Below, piece after piece: positions 37,701-51,402 of a stretch of 64,000 bases of DNA; position 1 is the first letter of the stretch, and every line of letters starts with the position of its first letter. This DNA comes from Lytechinus pictus (Eukaryota): positions 7,380,001-7,444,000 of the forward strand of contig NC_087251.1 of assembly GCF_037042905.1 (NCBI RefSeq). The letters run 5' to 3'. The notes below the pieces were generated by a model. The model made no database searches. It was given only the letters and a program-made list of their open reading frames with translations, and was not told where the DNA came from. The translations under genes and the position numbers were made by a program.

Positions 37701-40700
37701 TTAAGCTAGTAGAATGCTAATTTTTGGTGAGAATATCAATTTTCAAATTTATAACAAATATCCACCAAAAATTGCAAAAAATTTAATTTCTTATGTATTT
37801 TTTTTTTAATTTGTATTTCTTTGGTTTTTCGAACCTTTGTTTTTTCCGGTGAACTATGTCGGGACTCTTTTGCGATCATAAATAGCATAAAATAAATCTA
37901 TTTAAACTAACAAAAGTAAAAAATAATCATACATTTAGGACTTTTGGTTGAAAAACACAATTTGCATTGACCTTGTACATGGAATCACGTTTTTGAGCAA
38001 TTTTGGGTCCGACATGCACGTACAAAATGTTGCGTAATTTCGAAAACGCGCACACAGGCATCGCAAATTTGGTCTCAAATGATGCACAATACTTGAAAGT
38101 AAAAAGTCTGCGAGCAGTGTAGTAAAAAAAATTTGTGCGACGACGTAGTGATTACATTTCTCGAGGGGGGGGGGCTCAAAATTGACCACCCCCCAGTTTG
38201 ATAAGGGTTAATATTGCATTAGGGGCCTACAATAGGCCTTAAATGCACACTCAGACCTACAGTAACTGATAAACAAAACACATGTTCAGAAGAGTGTGAA
38301 ATACTTCATATATATTTTTTCTCATATCCAATGTTTTCATTCATAATTATGTTTGGGGTAAGTTGGAATATGTTCCAACTAGCCCCTTCAATTTTGTTCC
38401 AACTAACCCCGGAGGCCCATTTGACGTTTATAAGCTTACAGCACAAAAAAGGGACCTCACCATGGCATATCAATAACCTCATTTTGTAGCTTGGTACAAG
38501 TGTCTATTATACCCCCAAACTGGCCAACTTGATCTATAAACTTCTCTGAGATAATAAAACATTTCTAAAAGAGAAAAAAATTACTCAGAAGGTCAAAATA
38601 CAAAAATTCCTTTCTAACTTCACCAGGCTTGTTGCACATGTGTTGTCTGTAATATGGTGGATGGCTGTTGATAATGACAATAAATTGAGGGCAGTATTGC
38701 AGAAATTTATTTAAAGACGTTACAGAAAATTACAATGTTTCAACTTACCCCGCGTTCCAACTAACCCTGGTCTCCCCTACATATTTTTTTTTCTTGTGTT
38801 AATATCATATTCAAAGTGTCATCAATACAGAATTCTAGTGAAGCAGACTTCAATCGTTTTGTTTCAGTTCATAGTCAAGGTAAGATATGGCTTAAAACTC
38901 TTAAAGGCAATCAGACTTTGAGAGTGCATGTATATGATGAACTAAATTTAAAACTATTGAAAACTTTGAGATAGAAAAATAATAATGGATGATATTGATT
39001 TAATGGTTACGTTTACAAGAGTTTGTCGAAGACAAAGTCCATATAACCTCATATGTAAAGAACCTTATTTTTTCCTAAAAATATTACACCATGAATCAAT
39101 TGAAATAACATGTACATTTGTAATTATATACATACTCCGTACATCTGACACTGACTATAGTTTACACTTAACATCATATCATTAATAACTAATTGAAATT
39201 TCATTACATTTGGTAAGACACTAAAAAAAAAAAACATTGTAAATGATTTATTTCAGCTATGAATCAACACACTGAACTTTTGTGATAATTGATGTTGAAC
39301 TTTGAATTGGGATACACCCACTGCCACAATGAGTTAATTTATCTAATATATCTAATACATTTTAAAAGATCCCTGAAGATAAAGTGACTTGGTCAAAGTA
39401 TTATACATGTGGAGGGTATAAACCCTGTGTTTATATAAAATTGCTTTACTACTCATTTACAACTATTACACCTCAAGAAATTGTCAATACTTTGTTTGAG
39501 ATAAAGAATTGATGAGTTACCTGATCGATGTGTCCTTTGCGTAACTCTAGTACTCCCAGATTATTATACGCCTCTGAATGATCATTATTTGATGTGAGAG
39601 CTAACCTAAAACATTGTAGAGCTAGACCAGTGTCACCAATACCCTGCAAAGGAATGTAGGGGTGATCAATGTTGTTATCAATAAATGCTTTTCATACGTA
39701 CTAAAAACTACATTTTTCAACATGGACCATATACTAAACAAATTATATCCCTCTCCTATTATAGCATTATTGCATCATGAATCAAACTATTTTATCTTAA
39801 TATTGAAATCACTTCAAATACTGATAAATACTGCAATGGGCTAGATAGGTTACAAAAAGTAATGTTATGAATACTTTCTCATTGTAAGAGAAAAATTCAA
39901 AATGGCAAATGTATGGTTCGATCATTGACAGCGATCATTTCCAAACATTGAATCAGATTTTCACTATTGAAGTATAGAACCTAGAAACATCACTACAATC
40001 ATTCATGCATGAATGTTAGTTAAGATTTGGAATGTTTTATTTTTAAATTTTACAAACAAGATACATACCATAGCAACTTGACCAACATTGTACCAGATAT
40101 CTGCCGTAGTGGCATCATCAGTTGAGAGTGATAGCGCCCTCTCAAATGATGTCAGTGTCATGTCATACTGCTGTGCATAGAAGCAGCATAAGCCAAGGTT
40201 GTTGTAGAGTTCTGCATTGTAAACACCCATCTGAAGTAATCTCCTGTTTAAGAAATTTTTAAGAAAAAGAAAGTGACATTTCAATTCAACTAATTTTTTT
40301 TCCATTAAAAGTCAAAAGAAACAAATGCATTCAAAACATATTTACCAAAAATTGGAAGAACTACAAGAAAAAAAAAACTTGTAAAATAGCCTGTCAAATA
40401 ATATTCATTTTTTTTCAAGGCATATCTGTTTCTTTAAAACAAGATATAGATTTCATGCAGGTATGTTTATATGCAAACCAGACAATATGGGCACAGTGCA
40501 CTGTCATTGCTAAGCAGCAGCATCCAGGTTGGTTACTTCAAATTGTACTCTCATTAGAATATTAAAATTCAACAGAAACCATGCATGGAATCTAACAGGA
40601 TCTCATGCAATTATCTTAATGTGCAATTTAAAACACTGTAACCTTTTGTATTTAGTCAATGTCATGTTACATTCTTTATAACTCGCAGTTCTAAAAAAAC

Positions 40701-43700
40701 ATTTAAGGAATAAAAGGATATCAAACCTGTAGTATCTGAGTCCTATCTCGGGTTGGTCAGAGTAGAAATGATAATTTGCTATACAAGCTATTGCTTCTAC
40801 ATGTGTGTTATCATGCTTCAATACATCTTTGTAGTATTTAACAGCATTAACCATGTCATTCATTGCCTGTATAAACAAAACAAAGAAATGTCTATTCTTA
40901 TTCATCATAAATAGTGGATTACTTCACTTCAATAGGGAGTTTTAGGAGCAGTGAACGAGAACGGTGTAGCAGGTCTGATAATAATAATAATTCATATGTT
41001 CAAAATTGAATTTGATATAAGTTTTATTCATATCTGCATAAGCCATGAATGATACTAGCAAAGAAGCTCATTTTGTTTATTTTCTTCACCTGACTTGCTT
41101 GATGACAATGAACAAGTCCTACAGAAATGAACCTTTTACACCAAGTTTAATAAGGAATAATGAGCTTTTTGTGATATTTGGTTACAAAGTTGAGATTGCA
41201 TTTATAATAATGAGGAAAATTTACCTCATATATTCTGGCAATGCCAGTCAGAAGAGTAGTCTCACTGGGAAATTTTTCCAGACCCTGTTTGTAGATATCC
41301 ACAGCAGTCAACGGCTGATCCAACCTCACATATACTTTACAAAGGTATAGATATATATCTATGGCATCATGCTGCTTCATAGCTGATTTGAACTGACTCT
41401 CAGCATCACGGAATAAGCCTAACCTGATTCAATATAAAAAAAACATATATATAAAAAACTCATAATGATAATAATATCAGGTTCATGCATACAGCTCAAT
41501 TTTTCAGATATAATATTTGCTGTACATCCATAACCATAAGTCTGGCTTCAACATAGCTTGCATTATTGTGATCTTTCATTTCAACAGATGAATCCTGCTG
41601 GGCATTCATTCAATTTACACAGAATTACGTGCTGCCAATACAGATTTCATACAAAATAACATTAATACTAAGATACAATCCCTAAACCTTGTGATATAAA
41701 TTCAAGGGACTTATTTCATGAACCAAGACAGCAAGCGAAACTTTATTCTCCAATTCACAAATGTGGTTTTGAGTCAATGGTCTGATACCATGATTAATGC
41801 ACATTTCATGCATTCATATGTACACACTCTGATCAAGGGTACAATAATGAATGCACACTTTTGAATTATGGTGCTAAACTTGTGCTTTTCAATGTTTTCA
41901 CAAATAACTACCAAAAAAATCTGAATCAATGAGTCAATAGTTCATTTAGGTTAATTTACATAAACAGTGGACTAAAATCATGACAACAGGCTGTGGCCTA
42001 TGACAAAAGTGTGAATAGATTCACATGTTTGGAACAAACCCTCTTTCATGTATGCATAGTTGTCTTGTCACCAAGTTGCAATACCTTGAAATGATAAAAA
42101 AAGTTTTATGGCTTTGTGTGTAAGTAGTTATAGCTATATACCGGTAAATTAATCTGACTTCAGAGAACTCTTAACACATGGTGGCCAAAACTGAGAGGCT
42201 TCGAAATAATACCGAAAGCATTTTTGATTGGTTATATAGCAACAATCATGCAATCAGCCAGGCATGATATTATGTCAGTGCATATATCATCTTTTGTGAG
42301 GTACTTGTAGCTGCCCTATAAGAAATGAACATAAAAACTAACCCAAACTGAAGAACCCACTGTAACTGTCTTACCTGTAATAACACTTTCCAAGCTGTAC
42401 CTTCCACCACCAATCTTTAAATTGACAAGCTTCAGTAGCCTTGGCTGCTAGCTCTAATGCATTTCTCACATCATTCTCATGGTGAAAAATATATTCAAAT
42501 AAAGCCTAGAAACAAAGAAAAAATAATACAAGCACAATGTTGATAAATAGTTTGTAATGACGATCCATTTGATAACAAAAAATTGAAACATCTATAAACT
42601 TATTGGTATATAAAGAAATTAGACCAGACTTAACATGCTGTATTAAAATGCTAACATATTTTTCACTTGATGTTTGATCTTGGTACACACTGCTCATTGT
42701 TTTAATTCCTTGCAAGACATAGAAATTAAGTTATAATTGGATTTTGGTGTTCAGAAAATGTGAGGATAAGGGTTAGGTTTCAAGTTGGTTAGATGAGTAA
42801 AATTTCGATCTAAGAAAGTGTGAAAGGCATGGAATCATTTTTTTCAATTAATTGAAAAATAATATATAAAATTCTAATGTAAATTGATAAATGTTTCTTT
42901 TATTTTCATGAAGAAGCGCATTTTGTTGCGATTTTGAAGTATAATACCTAATCACTTTACTCAGAGCTGCAAACCTTACTTTGAGCAAGATCTACCTTTC
43001 AAGGATATCATGTTCACTTACACAATGTAATGAATTTATATAATGCATGACTTAAAGAGGTTTTGAGAAATATTTTTGAGTTTGTTTGCCTGCAATAGAA
43101 TCACATCATTTCAGGAAACCTCCTGACATTCACGGAAGCTCTTTTTTAACCCCCAAATAATTCAATTGACTACAGTGAGTACATTACCTTGGCTAGATTT
43201 GGTCTGGCAGCATACTTTGAGATGTTCAACCTTGCAATATTGATAAATGGTCCATCTGGTGTGGACAGCATAGATGCCTGTTCAATAAATCATAATTCTT
43301 ATTATTCTTATGTTTACTGATGTGAATTCATAGCTGCTCAAACATTAAAGAGTACATGTAGATATTCCTATCAACTGCTCATGATGTCTGATTGCAAATT
43401 TCTGCAAAATATGGGTAGTAAATCAGGGAGATTTGTGTACAGTGTGTAGACAATGTGTGGAATATTATGCAGTTGTGCATTGATCAGATGGCAAAGGAGA
43501 TGACAGACCTTTTCAAATTATGTAAATTTCTTTAGGTTTCATGAATGATCTATGCCCAAGTACTTTCCCACATGAAATCATCCCTTTTTACATCACACAA
43601 TTGAGTTAAAGCATTATAAAGCTCAACAATACTCAATTATCCTGTTTACAAATCATATTATCCTGTTTACAAATCATGTAACAAAATTCAGCATTTCTAT

Positions 43701-46700
43701 TATTAAATATTAATATGACTATTGATATTTTTATTGAATTATTGACAAAATGAATCTTGTAACTCACCGTTCCAAGGCGCACAAATCTGCCTGAAGCACT
43801 GGTGACAGGACGAGCTGTGTGTGCCGTTCTAGGGGCTCTGATAGCTTGTTCCATAGTACCTGGTCTACCACTCTGTGTACCTGGTCTTACAAACCCACTC
43901 AAAGGTCTTCCAGACTGAGATGTAGGACGCATCCCTGCACTGGGTGCCCCTGAACCTGTACCAGGTTTCTTTAATGATGTGCCTGGACCTGAATGTATTA
44001 CATATATTCATATTTTAATCCCAACTTTTAAATTGAAACCACTTCCTTTATAAAATGAAGACCTATTGCAATAAAATTAACAGAGAGATCAATGTAAAAG
44101 GGTTAGTGTACATACATGTACACCAAATGTTAATACTAATCAATAGGGTTGTTATTCATTTAAGTTTTTAATCTTTTATATACTGAATTTTAATTCATCC
44201 CTAAATGATTGGAAAGTGTTCTGGCACAAAAGTTTGGTCCTTTATCATTTCACTATTAAAATTTGCATGAAGGTATCCTTTCAAAACCTATATCTGACAA
44301 ATCAATATCCTAAATGTACATGAATCAAAATAGACTAAACCAAAACCATCAGTAAATCATGCTTGATATAATTCTGGTTAAAGTCTCAATAAAATCCTCC
44401 AAGTAAGATTTTATTTAAAGGACAAGTCCACTCCACCAAAAATTTGATTTGAATAAAAAGAGAAAAATCCAACAAACATAACACCGAAAATTTAATTAAA
44501 ATCGGATGTAAAATAAGAAAGTTATGACATTTTAAAGTTTCGCTTAAATTCACAAAACAGTTATATGCACATCCTGGTCTGTATGCAAATGAGGAGACTG
44601 ATGACGTCATCCACTCACTATTTCTTTTGTGATCTATGAATTCTTTCATATAAATTAATAAATAAATAATAAATAATTAATTTTCTACTCAAAATTCCTC
44701 AACTCTGTGTAGAACCTTGGTGAACCTCATGTAGCTCTCAGATGGAACAAAAATAATCAAAATCAATCAACAAATAATCATTTTTTGTGAGTTTTGAAAA
44801 TATATGAATAAATTAACATATTTAATGAGTTTCAAAATTCTGTGTTGAAATTTTGTATCACCACCTAGAGCTATCATATAAAGCAAACAAAATTGAAATT
44901 GATGAACAAATGAAGGGGAAAAAAATTATTTGTGATTTATGAATAAATTTTGCATAAATTAGCATAAATAATTTTCTAGACAAAATTTCAAAATTTGGTG
45001 TACAAGTTTGGTTAACCTCATGCAGCTCTACCAGATGGAAGAAAAAAAAAATCAAAATCGGTCAACAATTAAGGAAGAAGAAGCTTTTTATGTGAATTTT
45101 TAAAAATACACATAAATTAGCATAATTCATGAGTTTCAAAATTCTGTGGAGAAGTTTTGAATCCCCCACCGGCTGCTATCATTTAAAGCAAACAGAATTG
45201 AAATCAGACTTGAAATGATGAAGAAGAAGCATTTTGAAATTCAGTCAACAAATGAAGAAGAGGCATTTTCTGTGATTTATGAATTTCGCATAAATTAGCA
45301 TAAATAATTTTCTACTCCAAATTTCAAAATTCTGTGTAGAAGTTTGGTGAACCTTATAAGCTCTACCAGATGGAAGAAAAAAGATTGAAATCGGTCATCA
45401 AATAAAGAAGAAACATTTTATGTGAATTTTTTTAAATATGCATAAATTAATTTCGCATAAAAATTGTTCTAGTCAAAATTCTGTGTAGAAGTTTGGTGAA
45501 CCTCATCAAGCTCTACCAGATGGAAGCAAAATATTCAAAATCGGTCAACAAATAAAGCATTTTTTGTGAATTTTGAAAAATGTGCATAAATTAGCATATT
45601 TAATGAGTTTCAAAATTCTGTGTAGAAGTTTTGAATCCCCCACCTAGTGCTATCATATAAAGCAAACAGAATTGAAATCGGACTTGAAATGGCGAAGAAG
45701 AAGCATTTTGAAATTGTGGACAGACGACAGACGCCACGCCACGGCATAAGCTCATCTGGCCCTTCGGGCCGGATGAGCTAAAAATGAAATATTGTATAAT
45801 TCAAACAATAAAAAACAAAATAAATAGTGAGTGAGGGACATCAGCGACTATCTCATTTGCATGTCACTCAGTTGTGCATATCACTGTTTTGTGAAAAATA
45901 ATCGATACTTTAAAATGTCATAACTTTCTTATTTTAAATCAGATTTTGATGAAATTTTCAGTGTTGTGCTAGTTTGATTTTTCTCTATTTATTCAAATCA
46001 ACATTTTTCTGGGGTGGACTTGACCTTTAATAACAAAAATAGAAACTTACGTGTTACTTGAGCAATTGAATTATCATCCATAAGCATCTCAGCAATGCCT
46101 TCTTCATCCACATCCACCTCATCTAAGTAAACCTGTTCAGTCAATGCTCTTGTCTTTAAGGTCCAAGCAGACTTTAATATGGCGATTGAAAAAAGATTGA
46201 TTTATATTATGAGAAATGGTGAGAACTTTGATTACTATTAAAATAAATGTGAAATAAACTGAAATAGTCTGGTAAGTTTTCAAGTCTTTGCACTGGCACA
46301 TTAAAAAAGAATATCCACATCCTACAGCTGGTGGCAACTTCATTTAAATGCCATACAGTATAAGCAACATTTTTCTGGAATATGAGGATGATGGTGAGGA
46401 TTGATAAAATATTTGCTTGAAAAATAATGAGAAGAAAGTTAAAATTATTTTTTCGGAGATACGCAAGGCAGTTGGTTTGGGTGATCAAAAGCCTTATTAA
46501 ATTCTGGGAAAATGAATGATATATGGTGGTTAATGAGAGATAGATGTAGGTCCAACAATAATTCCAAACTTTACAAAAAGCTACAAAAAAGACTGTGTCC
46601 CAGGCAAAAAACAAGTACATGTACCTGATCATAAGGATTCTTTTCCAAAAGCTGAGAGCAGACTGTTACACATTCTTCAAACTTTCTCCTGCGGAACAGA

Positions 46701-46726
46701 CTCATTGCCATGTACAAGGGATCCAT
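34592..46726 (-). CDS. TTC8: Tetratricopeptide repeat protein 8 / Bardet-Biedl syndrome 8 (BBSome subunit), complete CDS, 11 coding exons, 500 aa
   Basis: complement(join(34592..34708,36964..37047,39521..39643,40069..40243,40727..40866,41225..41423,42375..42505,43188..43277,43768..43988,46051..46171,46625..46726)) = 1503 nt, all GT-AG, open frame. Hallmarks: RRRKFEEC..NPYDQ, RPGTSL, SGRPLSGFVRPGTQSGRPGTMEQA, DWWWKVQLGKCYYRLG, YNNLGLCCFYAQQYD. Confidence 0.97.
35025..36065 (+). mobile_element. hAT element with BED zinc-finger remnant in the last TTC8 intron
   Basis: TIR cagggttgtt / aacaaccctg; perfect 8-bp TSD tcttaaac; subterminal gatttaaatc repeats. Confidence 0.88.
35614..35760 (+). pseudogene. 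BED-type zinc finger N-terminus of a hAT transposase
   Basis: MSGRKSDPIWYFF...RAKCKLCG...RMKTHIQR fits W-x-x-F..C-x2-C..H. Confidence 0.75.
36087..36829. mobile_element. piggyBac-like MITE
   Basis: TTAA|CCCTAAC ... GTTAGGG|TTAA. Confidence 0.7.
36964..37047 (-). CDS. TTC8: TTC8 exon 10 (ARAFFQAAQMLAPHMFEPHYNFASLSDQ)
   Basis: 84 nt; donor GTAAGT. Confidence 0.95.
37124..38777. mobile_element. TA-target MITE with ggggagaccagggttagttggaac TIR (contains a nested piggyBac-like fragment)
   Basis: Perfect ~24-bp TIR flanked by TA on both sides. Confidence 0.8.
39521..39643 (-). CDS. TTC8: TTC8 exon 9 (GIGDTGLALQCFRLAL...GHIDQ)
   Basis: 123 nt; donor GTAACT. Confidence 0.95.
40069..40243 (-). CDS. 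TTC8: TTC8 exon 8 (RLLQMGV...GQVAM)
   Basis: 175 nt; donor GTATGT. Confidence 0.96.
40727..40866 (-). CDS. TTC8: TTC8 exon 7 (AMNDMVN...PEIGLRYY)
   Basis: 140 nt; donor AG|GTTTGA. Confidence 0.95.
41225..41423 (-). CDS. TTC8: TTC8 exon 6 (LGLFRDAE...GIARIYE)
   Basis: 199 nt; donor GTAAAT. Confidence 0.96.
42375..42505 (-). CDS. TTC8: TTC8 exon 5 (ALFEYIFHHEND...DWWWKVQLGKCYY)
   Basis: 131 nt; donor GTAAGA. Confidence 0.96.
43188..43277 (-). CDS. TTC8: TTC8 exon 4 (ASMLSTPDGPFINIARLN...NLAK)
   Basis: 90 nt; donor GTAATG. Confidence 0.95.
43768..43988 (-). CDS. TTC8: TTC8 exon 3 (RPGTSLKK...FVRLGT)
   Basis: 221 nt; donor GTGAGT. Confidence 0.96.
44419..46026. mobile_element. Kolobok-like MITE interrupted by a HINE-like tandem-repeat element (~44640-45782)
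   Basis: ttaa|aggacaagtccac ... gtggacttgacct|ttaa; the insert ends in hairpin agctcatctggccc-ttc-gggccggatgagct (45749-45779) plus an A-run. Confidence 0.7.
46051..46171 (-). CDS. TTC8: TTC8 exon 2 (SAWTLKTRAL...IAQVT)
   Basis: 121 nt; donor GTAAGT. Confidence 0.95.
46625..46726 (-). CDS. TTC8: TTC8 coding exon 1 (MDPLYM...NPYDQ); exon starts at acceptor 46746
   Basis: Acceptor tcaattacag at 46747; donor CAG|GTACAT. Confidence 0.93.
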
Positions 46727-47399
46727 TTTCACTCCGCTAAGCTGACCTGTAATTGAAAGAGACAGCAATCCATTGTTACTGATTTTGATATTTTTTATTG
46801 ATCCTTTTATCATACAGTCTGCAATCATCTTTATAATGGCTTTTTTAAATAATGCATGTAGACCTATATGAATTATGAATGAGAGCCAAGTGAATATGAA
46901 AATTAATCAACCTACACTGGTATTGCAATGAGATTAACAGGTCAAGGGAAATCATTTGTATAATACCTGTGTGGTGAATAATATTACAAATCAGACCAGG
47001 AAACCTACTTACATATATAAGGTGTTGTCGCACTTCTCACCAGAAAGAGTGTGAGGGTGATGTGCCCCCTAAACATCTGGAATTGCCACGGTAAAAACCA
47101 AAGATGAGGGCGAGAAAACCCCCCCCCCCCACATATACATGTACTTAAAAATCGCCCCCGTAATAAATTGATATAAAAAAATTCCTAAGTCTGAAATCTC
47201 TATTCTAGCAAAAAACTCCAAAACTAGAAACTGCCATCAACATTAAAAAAGAAAAGGCTTCTTTGACTCAAATTGCAAGCCAGTTTGTTTGCGCTATTTT
47301 CTTTCATTGACATGCAGACACCCACAAAGTCAGTAGCAAACTGCAACGCAGGTTATGCTAGCAGCACAGCCAGCTCAGTAAGCTATACATGTATTGTTT

Positions 47400-48160
47400 T
47401 CTCATTCATTCCTTCTTTCATTTCATTCTTTATATTTCTTCACTTTTTATTTTCTACATTCTTGATTATTTCTTATTTCTTTCCTTCCTTTCTTTCTTTA
47501 TTTTTTTCCTTCTTTTTCTTCTTTCCTTTCTTTTCCCCCATTTTCTGTTCGTTCCTTTTTTTCTTTCTCTTTCCTGCATTCCTTCATTTTTCTATTCATT
47601 CATTGTTTCTTTTGATTTTTTTTCTTTTCTTCTTCCTTTCTTTCCTTCGTCTTTTTCCTTTTCTCTCCTTTTTTTCCTGTCTTTCTCCCATACTTTCCTT
47701 CATTCTTCTATTCATTCTTTCTTTAGTTTGTTTCCTTCTTTCCTACTTTCATTCATGCTACTTTATTTTCTTTCCCTTTTTTCTTCCTATTTTCATCTGT
47801 TTCTTCCTTTTTTCTTTCTTCTTTCCTGCATTCTTCTAAATTCATTCATTCTTTCTTTTTTTTTCTTTTCTTCTTACTTTCTTTCCCTTGTCTATTTTAT
47901 TTATTTTCTCTCCTTTCTTTCCTTTTTCTTCCTCATCTTTTCCCATACTTTCCTTCATTCTTCTTTTTTTTCTTTCTTTCCTTTCTCTCTTTTTTCCCCT
48001 TTTTTCTTTCCTACTTTCATTCATTCTTTTATTATCTTTTTCTTTCCTATGTTCTTTCTTTTATTCCTTCTTTCTTACATCATTTATTTCTTTTTCTCCT
48101 TTATTTCACACTCCTTCAATTTTTATTCCTTCCTTTCTTCCTTCTTTCTTTCTTTCCTCC
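47400..48160. repeat. CT-rich low-complexity tract
   Basis: Almost pure pyrimidine on the + strand; source of spurious F/L/S-rich ORFs. Confidence 0.9.
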
Positions 48161-48932
48161 CAACATGGCAGCTATACTGACCAGCACGGCAAATGAAAAT
48201 CTGCTCATAAAATGAGCTGATATTTGTTTATTTATTTCTTTCTTTTTTCTCATCCTTGTCGCAACGTCGTATTTGTTTTCTGAACGAAAACCAAGATACC
48301 AAACGAAAGCCAAGATACCAAAGCCAAAATAATTTGCTCGACAGAATTATAAAATAGGTCAAGGGTTTCGCTAAAATCGCCATCTCAACATTCCATGGCA
48401 ATCGACTAACATTAGTGCGCGCTCTGCTGAGAAGTGTTATAAAAAAGTATGACCTTAATTTGCGCAGGATCGTTTTGCAAAGCTTTAGAAAAGAAATCGA
48501 GCAGACAAAGGTAAGATAATTGTATCAGATGGAGATTAAAATGCCATAATTTAGGTTGGTATCACATTTTACTAACTTAGAATCTACTTTTTTGAAGACC
48601 TTTGCTTGCAAACTGACTATTTCTTGAAGTTGAAGCTTGTCGAGAAGTTCAGATTCTGTCGGAGTGGACGCAAAAGGAAACACTAACAAAATGTGCCGAT
48701 GTTTTGCCAATATTTTCACAAATAGCAGTGCTACCATTAAATTTTCACAATTAATTTGTTTTTCTAAGTCTTTTTTCGCACTTTTCACTCCTTTTCACCC
48801 AGGCCCCCAAATCCAGTTTATTTTTGCTTTCTCTCCTTGCTGTTTTAGCACAACATAACAGAAGAAAGGTACTAAAAGAAATTCTTACTTGCGATCAAAA
48901 CAAACACACACAAAAAAAGAGAGAGAAAAAAA

Positions 48933-50040
48933 CAGGGATGCCACTAGGTGTCCTCCAAAAATACTGAAACTTATCGCCGGCAGGGAGTATCAAAGATCAG
49001 TGAATTGGGGCATTGGCGGCAGAAGCCCCAAAATTTAGGGGGGGGGGGTCCACCTTAAATTTAAATGGACACAGGTAAAAAATTGGACAAGCAAACAAGC
49101 ATTTTTTGGGGGGGGATCCCCCCACCTCAAATTTAGGGGGGGGGCCAAGAAGCTTCTTATCTTGTTGTGATCAATGACTTTGAAGTCAAGGTTTGAAAAA
49201 ACTGACGGTAGTTGTGAGTTTCTTAAGTAACAGAACGCTAGACTCAAAGCTTCAGTCTCTGTATTTTGGTTGTTCCGCTGAACCGCGTTGGCTCGACTCA
49301 CCAATACATAGACTGAAGAGTTGTTGGCCCGTGCATAGAGACAATCAGCTAACCAAGTCCCAGGGAGCTCCCTGGGTTACGTACCGTATCAGCTGCAGCA
49401 GTAAGGTTAGATGTAACATTCAGCGGAAACCCGATTTTCGGATCGTTTTTGGTACATAAAATGTCACATTATGAAAAAATAATCACATACAAATTCACGA
49501 GAAAATACATTAAATTCAGAAACATCGTACTTTAGACCGCAGTTACCGATAATTCCTTTCAAATTATGATCAAAACTTAGTCATCCTTGATCCTTTCGTT
49601 GGTCATCGTAAGTTGCCATCTTGGATGATGTCATCATCTTTACAGACGTATTTACCAGTCGCTATTATATCGCGATTCGTGTCGCTGCTTTGCGCTTGTC
49701 TATGTGCGTGCGTTCGGAACTTGTCGCTCGCATTGATTGGCCAGGATATCGAGGATTCCAATCGGAAAGCCTTGATAAAAGCATAACTCAATGAACGTAG
49801 TGGGCAGTGCGCGCGTTTATAAATTGTGTACTGTATAAAAGCAAATATCTCGGGGAAATATCTCTCACTCGGTCGATCGACATGCATCGCAATCGAGAGA
49901 GAGCTAGGGGGGAGGAAAAGGGAGGATTTTCCGACTTTTTTTAGTACACAGAAAACAGGAAAAGTCGGAAATACGGAAATAAGACGGACAACAGGGAAAA
50001 AGACGGAATTCCGTATAAATACGGAAAAGTGGCATCCCTG
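48933..50040. mobile_element. Possible hAT-like element with CAGGGATGCCACT TIR
   Basis: 13-bp TIR at both ends, flanked by A-runs so the TSD cannot be resolved; encloses a TAGAC-family left end (49239) and CpG-rich sequence. Confidence 0.5.
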
Positions 50041-51017
50041 AAAAAAAGAAATTAAGAAAAAGGAAAAATAATAGAAAAAAAAGAAAAAAAGACGAAAAGA
50101 GGAAGAAAAAGAAGAAAAGAAAAGAAAAGCAAAAAAAAAAAGATACAGAAAAGAAATAGAGAAAAGAGAGAAGAAAAAAAATAGAACAAGAACAAGAAAA
50201 GAAAAGAAAAAGCATAAGGGCAATTCCATAAAATTATCAACCTTTTTGTACGTCCATGCCCCGTCTTTCTCAAGTCTTACTTCACTTCATAAACTGACCA
50301 AGTCATGGTCCTTCGAGAACATTACAAAATGTCAAAAGAACAAGAAATCAAAGACAGAAAATTTCATGAAGGTCCCACGTATAGAGGGGCAGACTTATTT
50401 TATGGAATTGCCCATAAGAAAATAAGAGGAAAACAGAAAAAGAGAGAAAGGAATAAAAAAAGAAAAGAGGTGGAAAAAAAAGAAGAGGTGGAAAAAAAAG
50501 AAAAAAAAAGACAAAGGAAAAAAAAATAACAGATAAATCAAAAGGAGAAAAATATGAAAAAAAAAAAGAATGAAGGGAAAGAAGTTTCCATCCTCACAAA
50601 GAAGGCTCCAAATCAAAGCAGTGGCAAAAATAGTCATTTTCTGACTGGTTGCCAACGGCCAACTCAACACAAGACAGAAGAAGAAGAAATTGTCAACAAA
50701 CGTTCCACCAAATTCTTTACACTCACACAGTAATAAGATTGGAAACTTTGCCGACTTTGCGTAGTGCTTTGCATCAATTTACGAGTAGAATAAATTTTGT
50801 GCCTAGTCTTTTCTATGTAGTGTCTTTGATATGAAGATAAATCACGCACCTTCTTTAGCTAATTGGACGAAAAATTTTGGAAATAGAACTCAAGACGGAT
50901 CCATATTTTGTCAACGAGAAGAAAAATCAGCGCTTAAGTTAAATGACGCTATTTCAGGGATATTCATATTATTTAGGGGGAATTAACTTCACATCGTTGA
51001 GTAAGGACTTGATTTAA

Positions 51018-51402
51018 AGATAAATGCCAGTTGTGGTGAAGATTTCAAAATAAGTTCGTACAGAATCCAATGAAATGACCACCAAAGTTTCTGTTTTTAT
51101 AAATAAAAAACATGTGCCAAAGGATTTTTGAAGAAATTGTGTAATTGCTGAGAAATTAGCAAATAAGCACGGGATTCGGGTCAAGCGTTGGGCCGAATAA
51201 TAATACACTGTCCCACGTGCGCTTATCTGTGTTGGTGATCTTCAGTGTGAACATTTTTCAATGTAGATTTCAAGAATTCACAAAGTTTAGTTTATGTAAC
51301 TGTACCAGATCTAGTTCCTCGATGATATAGTGACAAGCCTGGTTTTACTGACTTTCTCGTGAAATCAGTGTTTACTGCAGCTGCAACTACTTTCATTTAT
51401 CT
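51018..51402. mobile_element. Kolobok-like MITE
   Basis: ttaa|agataaatg ... catttatct|ttaa. Confidence 0.65.

Noticed and set aside
47273..48196. Longest ORFs in the track (188 and 263 aa, F/L/S-rich)
   Set aside because: Translation of a CT-rich low-complexity tract; the same applies to 49603-50670.
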